This document shows, piece by piece, positions 9,301 to 23,425 of a stretch of 64,000 nt of DNA. The stretch spans positions 450,440-514,439 of the forward strand of contig JACKLE010000001.1 in NCBI GenBank assembly GCA_024236075.1. Direction: 5' to 3'. The position numbers and the translations under genes were made by a program. Under the pieces are notes generated by a model. It made no database searches. It was given only the letters and a program-made list of their open reading frames with translations, and had not been told where the DNA came from. The stretch's first letter is position 1, and each line of letters begins with the position of its first letter. Source of the stretch: Alphaproteobacteria bacterium. Its GTDB lineage: Bacteria; Pseudomonadota; Alphaproteobacteria; JACAEB01.

Positions 9301-10740
9301 ATGGTCCGATCACCCACGAATAGGCATCTCCGGAGCGCGGTCGCAGCGGTCGCGCTGGCCGCTGTCTGCCTCGGAGCCGTCGAGCCCGCCGGACACGCCG
9401 TCTTCGGCTCGGGCGGCGCCTGGGCGCAGGAGCAGGGCAAGGAGGAGCAGCAGAGGCGGCGTGCGAAGACCTTGTCGCCCAAGGCCTCGCAGGCCCTTCA
9501 GAAGATGCTGGCCGAGTTCAACAAGGAGCCGCCGAACTATCCCGGCGCGCTCGAGATCGTGAACCAGCTCCTGGAAAGCACCAGCCTCACGCCCTTCGAC
9601 CGCGCCATGGGCCTCTATTTCCGCGGCAGCATCTACGCGAGCATGGAGCGCTACCGGGAGGCGCAGGCCGATCTTTCGCAGTCCCTCGGCATTCCGGACG
9701 GGCTCGACTACCGCAACCGCAAGGAAGCGACGTTCACCCTCGCCAAGATTTACATGGTGACGTCGGATTTCGTGCGGGCCATCGGCCTCCTCGAGCAGTA
9801 CATCAAGGAGAGCGAGGCCGACGTGCCGCACGAGGCCTACTATCTCCTCGGCGCGGCCTATGCGCAGACGGATCAGCTTCAGAAGGCGCGCGGGCCGGCG
9901 CTCAAGGCGCTCGACATGGCCGCCAACGACGCACCGGCGCGCTATTACCAGCTCGCCGCCGCCATCCTTCTTCAGCTCAAGGACTACAAGACGGTCATCC
10001 CGATCCTCGAGCGCGGGCTGCCCTTCTTCCCGACGAACAAGGATTTCTGGCGCAACCTCCAGGTCGCCTACGCCGAGACCGACCGCGACAAGGAAGCCTT
10101 CCAGGTGCTGGAGCTCATGTATCTCCAGGGCTTCGACATGACGACGCAGGAGCTGCGCGTCCTCGCCGACCAGTACCGGGCCTTCAATGTGCCGATCAAG
10201 GCCGTGAAGCTCATCGAGCGCGAGATGGCCAAGGGCCGGCTTCCGAAGGACTTCCGCACCTGGAAGACGCTCGCCGACTCCTATCTTCAGGCCAAGGAAT
10301 GGGAGAAGGCGCGCGGGCCGCTGCGCGAGGCCGCCAAGCTCTCGCCCGAGGGCGACCTCTTCTACGATCTCTGCCAGTCCTACTTCCAGGACGAGCAGTA
10401 CCGGCAGGCCGAGGAGGCCTGCGTGCAGGCCGTCAACAAGGGCAAGCTGCGCAATCCCGGCAACGCCTGGTTCCTCATCGGCTATGCGCGCTACGAGCAG
10501 GACAAGTTCGACAGCGCGGTCGAGGCCATGGAGAAGGCGGCGAAGTTCGACAAGACCAAGGACCAGGCCGAGAAGTGGCTGGCCTGGTACGAGCAGGAGA
10601 AGAAGCGCAAGGCCGCCGTCGACGAATATCTGAAGAGCCAGCGCAAGGACGTCATCGAGGAGCTGAAGAACGAAGGCGGCGAGAAGCCGCCGGGGACGCC
10701 CCAGGGCGACGCCGCGGCTCCGGCCGCCTCGGGCGGCTGA
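9301..10740 (+). CDS. Tetratricopeptide-repeat protein (TtpD-like), secreted
   Basis: Signal peptide followed by repeated TPR-like A/Y/L patterns throughout. It lies immediately downstream of tonB (stop at 9297, ATG at 9301). Confidence 0.75.
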   Translation: MVRSPTNRHLRSAVAAVALAAVCLGAVEPAGHAVFGSGGAWAQEQGKEEQQRRRAKTLSPKASQALQKMLAEFNKEPPNYPGALEIVNQLLESTSLTPFDRAMGLYFRGSIYASMERYREAQADLSQSLGIPDGLDYRNRKEATFTLAKIYMVTSDFVRAIGLLEQYIKESEADVPHEAYYLLGAAYAQTDQLQKARGPALKALDMAANDAPARYYQLAAAILLQLKDYKTVIPILERGLPFFPTNKDFWRNLQVAYAETDRDKEAFQVLELMYLQGFDMTTQELRVLADQYRAFNVPIKAVKLIEREMAKGRLPKDFRTWKTLADSYLQAKEWEKARGPLREAAKLSPEGDLFYDLCQSYFQDEQYRQAEEACVQAVNKGKLRNPGNAWFLIGYARYEQDKFDSAVEAMEKAAKFDKTKDQAEKWLAWYEQEKKRKAAVDEYLKSQRKDVIEELKNEGGEKPPGTPQGDAAAPAASGG

Positions 10741-10890
10741 GCGCGCCGCGGGCTTCTCGATGGGCCTCGATGGGACTAGCGGGCGGCGCCTTCGGGCGCC
10801 GCTTCGCATTTCCGACCGGCCGCCGCGCGGGTAGAATGGCCCGACCGGCGCGCCCGACAGGCCGCCGCCAGGCTCTTGATGGAGAGCGCC

Positions 10891-11661
10891 ATGAATCGCC
10901 GGCCGGGCGCGGCGCTCGCTGCGCCTCTTCTCTTCGCCCTCCTTGGCGGCGCCGAGGCCGCCGACGCGCCACGCGACACGTACGCGCACTGCCTCGCTTT
11001 GCTCGAGCGCAATCCGGAGGCCGCCTTCTCCTTCGCGTCGACCTGGCGCGACGATGGCGGCGGCGCGCCCGCCCGCCATTGCGTGGCGCTCGCGCTCGTC
11101 GATCTCGGCTCGCCCGGCGAGGGCGCCTCGCGGCTCGACGATCTCGCGCGCGAGGCGGATGCGGGCGACGCGGCGACCCGCGCGCAGATTCTCTCGCAGG
11201 CGGGCAATGCCTGGCTCCTGCAGGGCGAGACGGGGCGCGCGGCGAACTCCTTCACCAGCGCGCTCGCCGTTCTGCCCTCGGGCTCGCCGCTCGCCGCCGA
11301 TCTGCGCCTCGACCGCGGGCGCACCTTCGCGCTCCTCGAGGACTATCCGAAGGCGGAGGAGGAGTTCACCGCCGCGCTCGCGGCGCGCCCCGGCTTCGTC
11401 GACGCGCTCGTGCTGCGCGCCAATGCCGAGCGCGCGCAGGGGCTCTACGCGAAGGCGCGCGCGGACATCGCCTCGGCGCTCGCCCTCGCTCCGAAGAACG
11501 CCCAGGCATGGTTCGAGCGGGGCACGACCGACTACCTCACCGGCGACATCGAAGGCGCCCGCGCCGCGCTCGGCCGCTCCTTGAGCCTGGAAGGCGAGGG
11601 GCCCGTCGCCGATGCGGCGCGCGCCGTGCTCCAGCAGATAGAGCGCCCACGGATGAATTGA
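10891..11661 (+). CDS. Tetratricopeptide-repeat protein, secreted
   Basis: ATG 10891 has GGAGAG 4 nt upstream. Signal peptide (LLFALLGGAEAADA) and TPR-like repeats (e.g. GLYAKARADIASALALAPKNAQAWFERG). Confidence 0.7.
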   Translation: MNRRPGAALAAPLLFALLGGAEAADAPRDTYAHCLALLERNPEAAFSFASTWRDDGGGAPARHCVALALVDLGSPGEGASRLDDLAREADAGDAATRAQILSQAGNAWLLQGETGRAANSFTSALAVLPSGSPLAADLRLDRGRTFALLEDYPKAEEEFTAALAARPGFVDALVLRANAERAQGLYAKARADIASALALAPKNAQAWFERGTTDYLTGDIEGARAALGRSLSLEGEGPVADAARAVLQQIERPRMN

Positions 11662-11671
11662 GACGGGAGGC

Positions 11672-13048
11672 TCAGGCGCGGGCAGTCCCCGCGTCCCGCT
11701 GGCCCGCCGCGCCGAGAACGCTCCGCAGAATGCGGCAGGCCGCGAGGTCGCCCGTGACGTTCACCACCGTCCGGCACATGTCGAGCAGGCGGTCGACGCC
11801 GAGGATGAGGATGATTCCCGTCGTCGGAATGCCGAAATCGCCGACGATGCTGGCGAGCAGCACGATCCCGACGCCCGGCGTGCCGGGCGCGCCGATCGAG
11901 GACGCGACGAGCGTCGCGACGATGAGCGCGAGATCGCCCGAGGAGAGCTCGACCCGCGACATCTGCGCGAGAAATCCCACCGCGACCGCCTGGTAGAGCG
12001 CCGTGCCCGCCATGTTGACCGTGGCGCCGAGGGGCACCACGAGACTGGCGAGCTTGGGCGGCACGTCGAGCGCCTCGACGGCGGTCTTGATCGAAAGCGG
12101 CATGACGGCCGCCGAGCTCGATGTCGAGAAGGCGAGGAGCTGAACCGGCGCGATGGCCCGGACGAAGCGCCATGGGCCGATGGCTCCGAAGAGGCCCGCG
12201 AGGAGCGCGAAAAGGACGAGCAGGAGCCCCAGCCCCACGAGCACGGTCGCCACATAGGCCCACATGCCGGCCAGCGTCGACAGGCCGACCCTCGCGACGA
12301 GCTCGGCCATCAGCCCGAACACGGCGAGCGGCATGAGCCACATGGCCCATTTGACCACCGTCATGGAGATCTCGAGCAGCGCCTCGAAGAGACGCGCGAG
12401 CGGCGCGAGGGTGTCGCGGCGCTGCGAGGTCGCGAACGCTATGCCGACGAAGATCGCGAACATGACGATCGCCAGCATCTGCTGATCGACGATGGCGGCG
12501 ACGATGTTCTGCGGGATGAACTCGACGATCCGGCGCGTGACCTCGCCGGACAGGCTCTCGATCGATCTGAGCGCGCCGGCCGCGGTCTCCGCCTCCGCGG
12601 CAAGCGTCGGCTTGGGCAGCGGCGTCGCGGGGGCGTCGAGGTGGATGCGCTCGCCGGGACGGACGGCGGAGGCGAGGGCGAGCCCCAGGCCGGCGGCGAG
12701 CGTCGTCGTGGCGACGATATAGAGGGTCAATCGTCCGCCCACGGCGCGAAGCTCGTCGCCGCTCGCCGAGCCGCCGAGCCCGAGGATGATCGAGGAGATG
12801 ACCAGGGGAACGAGCACCATGCCGATGAGGCTGAGAAAGAGCCGCCCCGGGAGGGCCAGCCACGTGCCGAGCGCCTCGGAAATTCCGCGCGGCACGATGG
12901 CGAGATCGGGTCCGAGCAGCACGCCGACGCCGATGCCCGCGACGAGGCCGATCACGACCTGGAGCCAAAGCCGCACGCGGATCCAGGCGTCGATGCGCTT
13001 CTGCAGCGAGCGATAGCCGATGCGGGGCGGTCGTGGCGTCTGGCTCAT
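11672..13048 (-). CDS. Dicarboxylate/amino acid:cation symporter (DAACS family)
   Basis: Start reset to MSQTPRPP (ATG 13046-13048). The upstream part of the 554-aa ORF overlaps queG in another frame. It is polytopic with DAACS-like motifs (STSSSAAVMPL, GATVNMAGTALYQ, DRLLDMCRTVVNVTGD). Confidence 0.85.
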   Translation of the reverse strand: MSQTPRPPRIGYRSLQKRIDAWIRVRLWLQVVIGLVAGIGVGVLLGPDLAIVPRGISEALGTWLALPGRLFLSLIGMVLVPLVISSIILGLGGSASGDELRAVGGRLTLYIVATTTLAAGLGLALASAVRPGERIHLDAPATPLPKPTLAAEAETAAGALRSIESLSGEVTRRIVEFIPQNIVAAIVDQQMLAIVMFAIFVGIAFATSQRRDTLAPLARLFEALLEISMTVVKWAMWLMPLAVFGLMAELVARVGLSTLAGMWAYVATVLVGLGLLLVLFALLAGLFGAIGPWRFVRAIAPVQLLAFSTSSSAAVMPLSIKTAVEALDVPPKLASLVVPLGATVNMAGTALYQAVAVGFLAQMSRVELSSGDLALIVATLVASSIGAPGTPGVGIVLLASIVGDFGIPTTGIILILGVDRLLDMCRTVVNVTGDLAACRILRSVLGAAGQRDAGTARA

Positions 13049-13061
13049 GGCGTGCCTCGTC

Positions 13062-14213
<1,152 letters not shown>

Positions 14214-14265
14214 GACAAACTGCCCGTTTTATGTGCCTTCTTCGCGCGCTCGTATGACCTTGTGC

Positions 14266-14320
14266 TGCATTTCGTCGCGCAACGTTGCTGAAATGCAACA
14301 CTAAAATGTCAAATTTTGAC
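14266..14320. promoter_or_regulatory. Cluster of inverted repeats (candidate operators or RNA structure)
   Basis: TGCATTTC (14266-14273) and GAAATGCA (14290-14297) flank the perfect palindrome GCAACGTTGC. A second palindrome GTCAAA-T-TTTGAC lies at 14308-14320. GAAATGCAAC recurs at 14392-14401. Confidence 0.35.
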
Positions 14321-14336
14321 CAAACATTTTTGGCCT

Positions 14337-14365
14337 TTGACAACTTTGTACATCTAACGCTAAGT
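14337..14365 (+). promoter_or_regulatory. Sigma70-type promoter candidate for the island ORFs
   Basis: TTGACA (14337-14342), a 17-nt spacer, then CTAAGT (14360-14365), about 70 nt upstream of ORF1. Confidence 0.45.
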
Positions 14366-14434
14366 GCGCGTGCAATTTGTCCCCCTAGCAGGAAATGCAA
14401 CTACACTGAATTGTGGTTGCTAGGAGGTATCGGA

Positions 14435-14608
14435 ATGGAATCGGAGGAGCGTGAGTCGTTGTTCTCGAGGCTTGAGATCTTGCCTGGCATTCTTGCTGCC
14501 AGGTCGATTTCGCCTGAGTTTATGAAGCTGGGATATTGCCGGAACGAGCTGCCAAAGCCCGTGACGCCGCAGCTTGCTATTCCGACCTCACTTATCTCGC
14601 GTAAGTAA
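14435..14608 (+). CDS. Small hypothetical protein (57 aa) in AT-rich island
   Basis: ATG 14435 is preceded by a perfect AGGAGG (14422-14427) with a 7-nt spacer. I recognise no family. Confidence 0.5.
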   Translation: MESEERESLFSRLEILPGILAARSISPEFMKLGYCRNELPKPVTPQLAIPTSLISRK

Positions 14609-14657
14609 GCCCAAACTTATCACTGACGCCTTGACGGAGGCCGTGCATTAGTTCGAA

Positions 14658-15275
14658 ATGCGCGGCCTCATTGCTTGGTGGCGAAAAATGACAACTTTGA
14701 CCATAACGCCGACTACGCTCCCGGACATGCGTTCTAATTTCGATGTCTTCAGGGAAGTATTCTATAAGCACGTGGATCGCGTGTGCCAAACGAAAGCGCG
14801 CCTCGTCCCGCGTCTTATGCGCGATAGGATGTACACGGCCTGGGAGGCTTGGAATTCGGACCTCAAGAGAGTTGAAGATCATGAGCCTAATATTACGCAG
14901 GCGGATCATTTCAAGCATTGTGGCCATCTTATATTTTGGCTTCGTCGTCAGCAGCCAATTGTGGAACTGTATGAAGCTCGTGTGGCGCAAGATGCTCCTG
15001 GATATGACCTGATTCAGTCTGAGCAAGAGGTAAGGAATTTTCTTACGTGCTATGCGAACGAATTCTTTGCGTGGGATGTCGGGTACATAATATGTAACTA
15101 TTACGTGTCGGATATCTGTGCGAAAAGCGCGGGTCTGTCTCTATCTCCAGCGCCGGTTATCTCGGTTTCAAACGAATTTGTCACAAACATATGTAACATG
15201 ATGAAATTCAAGAGCGTGTCCCCTCACTCTTTATACCTAATACTTGCCGCGCTCTTCGAGGGTCGAAGCTTCTAA
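14658..15275 (+). CDS. Hypothetical protein (205 aa, or 195 aa from ATG 14688) in AT-rich island
   Basis: A 618-nt open frame in AT-rich DNA, where stop codons should be frequent. The composition is protein-like and rich in aromatics and Cys. No motif recognised. The start is ambiguous. Confidence 0.55.
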   Translation: MRGLIAWWRKMTTLTITPTTLPDMRSNFDVFREVFYKHVDRVCQTKARLVPRLMRDRMYTAWEAWNSDLKRVEDHEPNITQADHFKHCGHLIFWLRRQQPIVELYEARVAQDAPGYDLIQSEQEVRNFLTCYANEFFAWDVGYIICNYYVSDICAKSAGLSLSPAPVISVSNEFVTNICNMMKFKSVSPHSLYLILAALFEGRSF

Positions 15276-15277
15276 CC

Positions 15278-15943
15278 TCAGAAGTCGAGGTCGGCATAGT
15301 GGGCCGGGGGCTCGATGCCGGCCGTCTGGTCGGCGAGAAGGGGGCGGAAGGAGGGGCGCGACTTGACGCGCGCATACCACTCCTTGAGGCGGGGATGGTC
15401 TTCCCACGGAACGTCGTCCAGGAAGTCCAGGGTCGAGATCTGCGCGGCGGCCGCGAGATCGGCGAGGCTGAGGCGCTCGCCCGCGAGGAAATGGCGCCGG
15501 TCGGCAAGGCCCTCCAGCACGTCGAGATGGGCGGGGCGGCGCGCGCGGGCCTCGCGGATCCGCGTCATGTCGGGCCCGCCCATGTGCTTCTCGCGGCGCA
15601 TCACCTTCTCGAAGAGGAGCGGCTCGACGACCTCGGGCCAGAGCCCCCCGGCGAGCCAGTGCGCGAGGCGCCGCGCCTCCGCGCGCGCGAGCGGCCCGCC
15701 CGGCAGCAGCGTCGGCTCGGGGGCGTTCTCCTCGGCGAACTCGGCGATGACGAGCGAGTCGGGCACGACATGGCGCTCGTCCACCACGAGCACGGGCACG
15801 GTCCCGGCCGGATTGAGGCGCGGGAAGTCCTCGTCCTCCCACGGATGAATTCTCACCAGATCGAAGGCGAACCCCTTCTCGGCGAGCGCGAGCCGCGCCA
15901 GGCGCGAGAAGGGGCAGAGCGGCATATGGAGGAGGGTGAGCAT
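15278..15943 (-). CDS. Glutathione S-transferase family protein
   Basis: N-terminal thioredoxin-like GST fold (MPLCPFSRLARLALAEKG...NPAGTVPVLV) and a helical C-terminal domain. Confidence 0.85.
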   Translation of the reverse strand: MLTLLHMPLCPFSRLARLALAEKGFAFDLVRIHPWEDEDFPRLNPAGTVPVLVVDERHVVPDSLVIAEFAEENAPEPTLLPGGPLARAEARRLAHWLAGGLWPEVVEPLLFEKVMRREKHMGGPDMTRIREARARRPAHLDVLEGLADRRHFLAGERLSLADLAAAAQISTLDFLDDVPWEDHPRLKEWYARVKSRPSFRPLLADQTAGIEPPAHYADLDF

Positions 15944-15998
15944 CGAGGCGCTCGGCGCGATTGGCGGCCCCGAAGCTTACGGGAGCGCCCTCGTGCCC

Positions 15999-20538
<4,540 letters not shown>

Positions 20539-20546
<8 letters not shown>

Positions 20547-21096
20547 CGTCCGTTTCCTTGTCAGCAGGCGATGGGCTCGAGAGCCCGGTTCTCTCGCCGG
20601 CCTCGCGCAGGATGTCCTGCCAGCCGGCGAAATGAGCGCTTATGCGGATAGCCCGGCGATCCTTCGACCACAGGATGGCGTAGGGCGGGTCGCTCCAGTT
20701 CACGAACTGCACGCGGGCGATCTCGCCCCAGCGCAGACGTCTCGTGCCGCGCCAGGCCGTCACGCGCTCGATATAGCTCTCCGCGACGCGGATCTCCGTC
20801 CGCGCCTCGAGCAGCATCAGCGCCCCGGCGACGCTCAGAAAGGTGACGACGGCGAGAAACCAGAGCGCCTCCTCGGGATCGGAAACGGGCTCCTCGAAGC
20901 CGATCCAGATGCACGCCATCGCCGCGACGAGGCTCACGATCCCCGCGTTCCGCAGGAGCGGCCCCTGGCGATAGCGCCGCGCAAAGCCCGCCTGCTCCGG
21001 CGCCGGCTGCTTGCCGAGCCGCAGGAGCAGGAAGAGGGCGATGCCGAGCCCGAGCGTGATCGCGATGCGGCCGAGACTTTCCAGGAGCGTGTCCAT
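20539..21096 (-). CDS. Hypothetical membrane protein (bacterial PH-like C-terminus?)
   Basis: 185 aa with three hydrophobic segments followed by a soluble tail. Its stop overlaps the gltB ATG by 8 nt. Confidence 0.6.
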
Positions 21097-21156
21097 GAGC
21101 CGGCGCCTCAGAGTGTCGCGATCCGTCTGCGTTCCGCCTTGCGGCCATCGCTTCGC

Positions 21157-21570
21157 CTATCCCTTGAACGGAGCCGAGCCCGGCCCTTCGGAGAATTTCG
21201 GCAATCCGTCCGTGGTCGTGTCCCAATGCGCCGCGTGCGACATCCAGATATGGGCGGCGGCGCTCGCCTCGAGCCCCTTGTCGACCGAGCCGATGCGCAG
21301 GACCATCAGATCCTGGTCCGGATATTCCGCGACGATGTGCGAGCCGCAGCGCGGGCAGAATCTGCGCAGCTTGCCGGGCGAGGACTCGTAGGCCGCGACG
21401 ACGTCGCCGCCCTTCGTCCATCGGAAATCGGCGCGCGCGACCTTCGCCGCCGTGTTGAAGGCCGCCGAATGCGCCTTGCGGCAGGTGCGGCAATGGCAGT
21501 TCACGATGGGCGAGAGCAGGTCGCCGCAGCGATAGGCGACGGCGCCGCACAGGCAGCTTCCCTCGATCAT
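21157..21570 (-). CDS. GFA-family protein (glutathione-dependent formaldehyde-activating / CENP-V-like Zn-Cys)
   Basis: 137 aa from ATG 21568-21570, with Cys motifs CLCGAV, CHCRTCRK and CPRCGS. Confidence 0.8.
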   Translation of the reverse strand: MIEGSCLCGAVAYRCGDLLSPIVNCHCRTCRKAHSAAFNTAAKVARADFRWTKGGDVVAAYESSPGKLRRFCPRCGSHIVAEYPDQDLMVLRIGSVDKGLEASAAAHIWMSHAAHWDTTTDGLPKFSEGPGSAPFKG

Positions 21571-21593
21571 GACGGTCTCTCCCGTTCCATGGC

Positions 21594-22358
21594 TCACGCC
21601 CTCCCGCCGTCCGCGGGCATCTCGGTGCGCCGCTCGGCCGCCCATTTCTTGCGGTCGCCCTTGTAGTGGACGAGGCGCTCCTTCAGGGGGCTCGTCTCGA
21701 AGGGGTGGAGCGAGCGCATGTCCGTGTTCAGATTGTGCGCGTCGATGCGCATTCCATGGCGGCGCATCAGCGCGGAGACGATGAAGCCGTCGTGCCATTC
21801 GCGATAGTCGAAGAGCGCGCCCGTGACATAGGTCTCGAGGAGCTCCGTGACGAAGGCGTCGACGGGCGCACATTTCTCCAGCATGAGGAAGCCGGTCTCG
21901 GCATGGGCGAAGCCCGGGCAGTTCCGGTCGAGCCAGACCATCCGGTGTCCGGCGCGCCAGCCCTCGAGAACCGCCGCGTCGATCGGCCCGAGCGGCGCGA
22001 CGTCGGCGTCGATCCAGACGAGGACATCGCCTTCGCCGGTCGCCATGTACTGGTGGGCGAGGGCGCAGACCTTGCCCCAGAAGCGGCGATATTCGAAGCG
22101 ATAGCGGTGCTCCTCCGACACCGGCGGCGGCCGCACCCGCTCGGCGCGCGAGAGGAAGGGCAGATAGTCGTCCGTCTCCTCGAGGCGCTTCACGCTCGCG
22201 CGCGAAAGGGCGGAGAGCCCCTGCGGCACCGGTCCGTCCGTCCACACCGTAAGGGGAATGTCGGGCGCCAGCGCCTTGGCGAGCGCGGTCACGCAGGTCT
22301 GCGCGTAGGCCGCCCACAGCGTCCTGTTGAGCGAGGTGACGACGGCGAAGGCGCTCAT
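21594..22358 (-). CDS. Hypothetical protein, possible GT-A-like nucleotide-sugar transferase
   Basis: Start reset to MSAFAVV (ATG 22356-22358), which overlaps the upstream stop by 4 nt (ATGA). It has a DxD-like motif (VWIDADVAP). The family assignment is weak. Confidence 0.55.
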   Translation of the reverse strand: MSAFAVVTSLNRTLWAAYAQTCVTALAKALAPDIPLTVWTDGPVPQGLSALSRASVKRLEETDDYLPFLSRAERVRPPPVSEEHRYRFEYRRFWGKVCALAHQYMATGEGDVLVWIDADVAPLGPIDAAVLEGWRAGHRMVWLDRNCPGFAHAETGFLMLEKCAPVDAFVTELLETYVTGALFDYREWHDGFIVSALMRRHGMRIDAHNLNTDMRSLHPFETSPLKERLVHYKGDRKKWAAERRTEMPADGGRA

Positions 22359-22831
22359 GCCGCCTCCCCGGGAGAGAGGCCGAGCGCCGCGCGGCGCGCC
22401 GTGTGGCGCTCGGTGTACATGGCCACGGCCCACGGGCCGACGAAGCCCGTGAGCAGGCCGGCATCTATGGCGAGCCTGTCGCAATAGAGCGCGGCCTCGG
22501 GTCCCTGCGCCTCGACGCGCGTCTCGTGGCGCCACGACTTCACCAGCGTCCCGCTCTCCTCGCTTTCGAGCAGAAAGGCCTCGTCGTCGCGCCGCGTGAA
22601 GAGGATGCGCCACCGGGCGAGGGCGAGCGGGCCGAGACGGACGACGAGCCGGATCTCCTGGCCCTCCTCGGCGTCGCCCTCGGGCAGGCCGTCATAGGTA
22701 AAGAGGGGGCTCATGGTCGCCTTCAGGATCTCGTGCGAGAGCGCGGCCGCCCAGACCCTTTCGGCGGGCAGCGGATAGAGCTCCGCGATCTCGAAGGAGG
22801 CGAGCCCCATGGCGCACCCGTATCCTTTCAT
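22355..22831 (-). CDS. SRPBCC (START/polyketide-cyclase-like) family protein
   Basis: About 150-158 aa. The alpha/beta pattern and the sequence around AERVWAA...SHEILKA are typical of SRPBCC proteins. The start may instead be 22810. Confidence 0.55.
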   Translation of the reverse strand: MKGYGCAMGLASFEIAELYPLPAERVWAAALSHEILKATMSPLFTYDGLPEGDAEEGQEIRLVVRLGPLALARWRILFTRRDDEAFLLESEESGTLVKSWRHETRVEAQGPEAALYCDRLAIDAGLLTGFVGPWAVAMYTERHTARRAALGLSPGEAA

Positions 22832-22878
22832 CCGTACCCGGCGCCTTCCGGCCTCCCCGCGCGGCGCGCGGGGGGGCG

Positions 22879-23388
22879 CTAAAGGCTCGTCGGCGTGTTG
22901 AGGCCTTCCTCCTTGAGGCGCGCGGCGAGCGCCTGAATGGCGTCGCTCGCCGCCGCGAGGCCGAACTTCTGGCCGATCGCCAGCGATTTCTGCGTGAGCT
23001 CCGGCTGCTTGGAGACGAATTCCAGGCCCGCGGGCGATCGATAGAAGGCGAGCGTGGCCTGGAGCGTCTCGAGCGTGTAGCTCTCGGCGAAGACCTGCGT
23101 CATGTCGTCGATGAACGCCTGCTTGTTGCCGAGGAAGGCCTTGGTGAGCTCCTCCTTGACGATGGTCTGCACACGGGACTCCGCGCCGGGATTGGCCTGC
23201 GTGAACAGCGGCATGAGCTGGTCCAGCATGGCGGCGATGATGAGGTCGAACTGATCGGTCATGCCGGCCGCCGCGACGAGCTCCTTCGCCGCGACGAGCC
23301 TTGCCTCGTCCGGCTCGGCGCGCGCCGCGCCCGCGAGCCCCGCGAGCCCGAGCACGATGCCGAGCGCCGCCGCCCTGAGTCTGGTCAT
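22879..23388 (-). CDS. DUF2059-domain periplasmic protein
   Basis: Signal peptide (AALGIVLGLAGLAGAARA), then AAKELVAAAGMTDQFDLIIAAMLDQLMPLF, which is typical of DUF2059. ATG 23386-23388 has GGGAGAGG upstream. Confidence 0.65.
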   Translation of the reverse strand: MTRLRAAALGIVLGLAGLAGAARAEPDEARLVAAKELVAAAGMTDQFDLIIAAMLDQLMPLFTQANPGAESRVQTIVKEELTKAFLGNKQAFIDDMTQVFAESYTLETLQATLAFYRSPAGLEFVSKQPELTQKSLAIGQKFGLAAASDAIQALAARLKEEGLNTPTSL

Positions 23389-23425
23389 CCGCCTCTCCCG
23401 TTGCGCCACCATGGCATCCCGATGC

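Noticed and set aside
9310-11079. A 589-aa minus-strand ORF opposite the TPR genes
   Set aside because: It is antisense to ORFs that have signal peptides and TPR periodicity and lie in operon context with tonB. It shows shadow-frame composition.
14285-14434. The N-terminal extension of island ORF1 (107-aa version starting at 14285)
   Set aside because: The extension runs through the promoter-like and palindromic region. The internal ATG 14435 has a perfect AGGAGG SD, so the short 57-aa form is more plausible.
14592-15026. A 144-aa minus-strand ORF inside the AT-rich island
   Set aside because: It is shorter than, and fully overlapped by, the 205-aa plus-strand ORF. It is Arg-rich with no SD-like sequence, so the plus-strand reading is preferred. 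Experimental data would be needed to exclude it completely.
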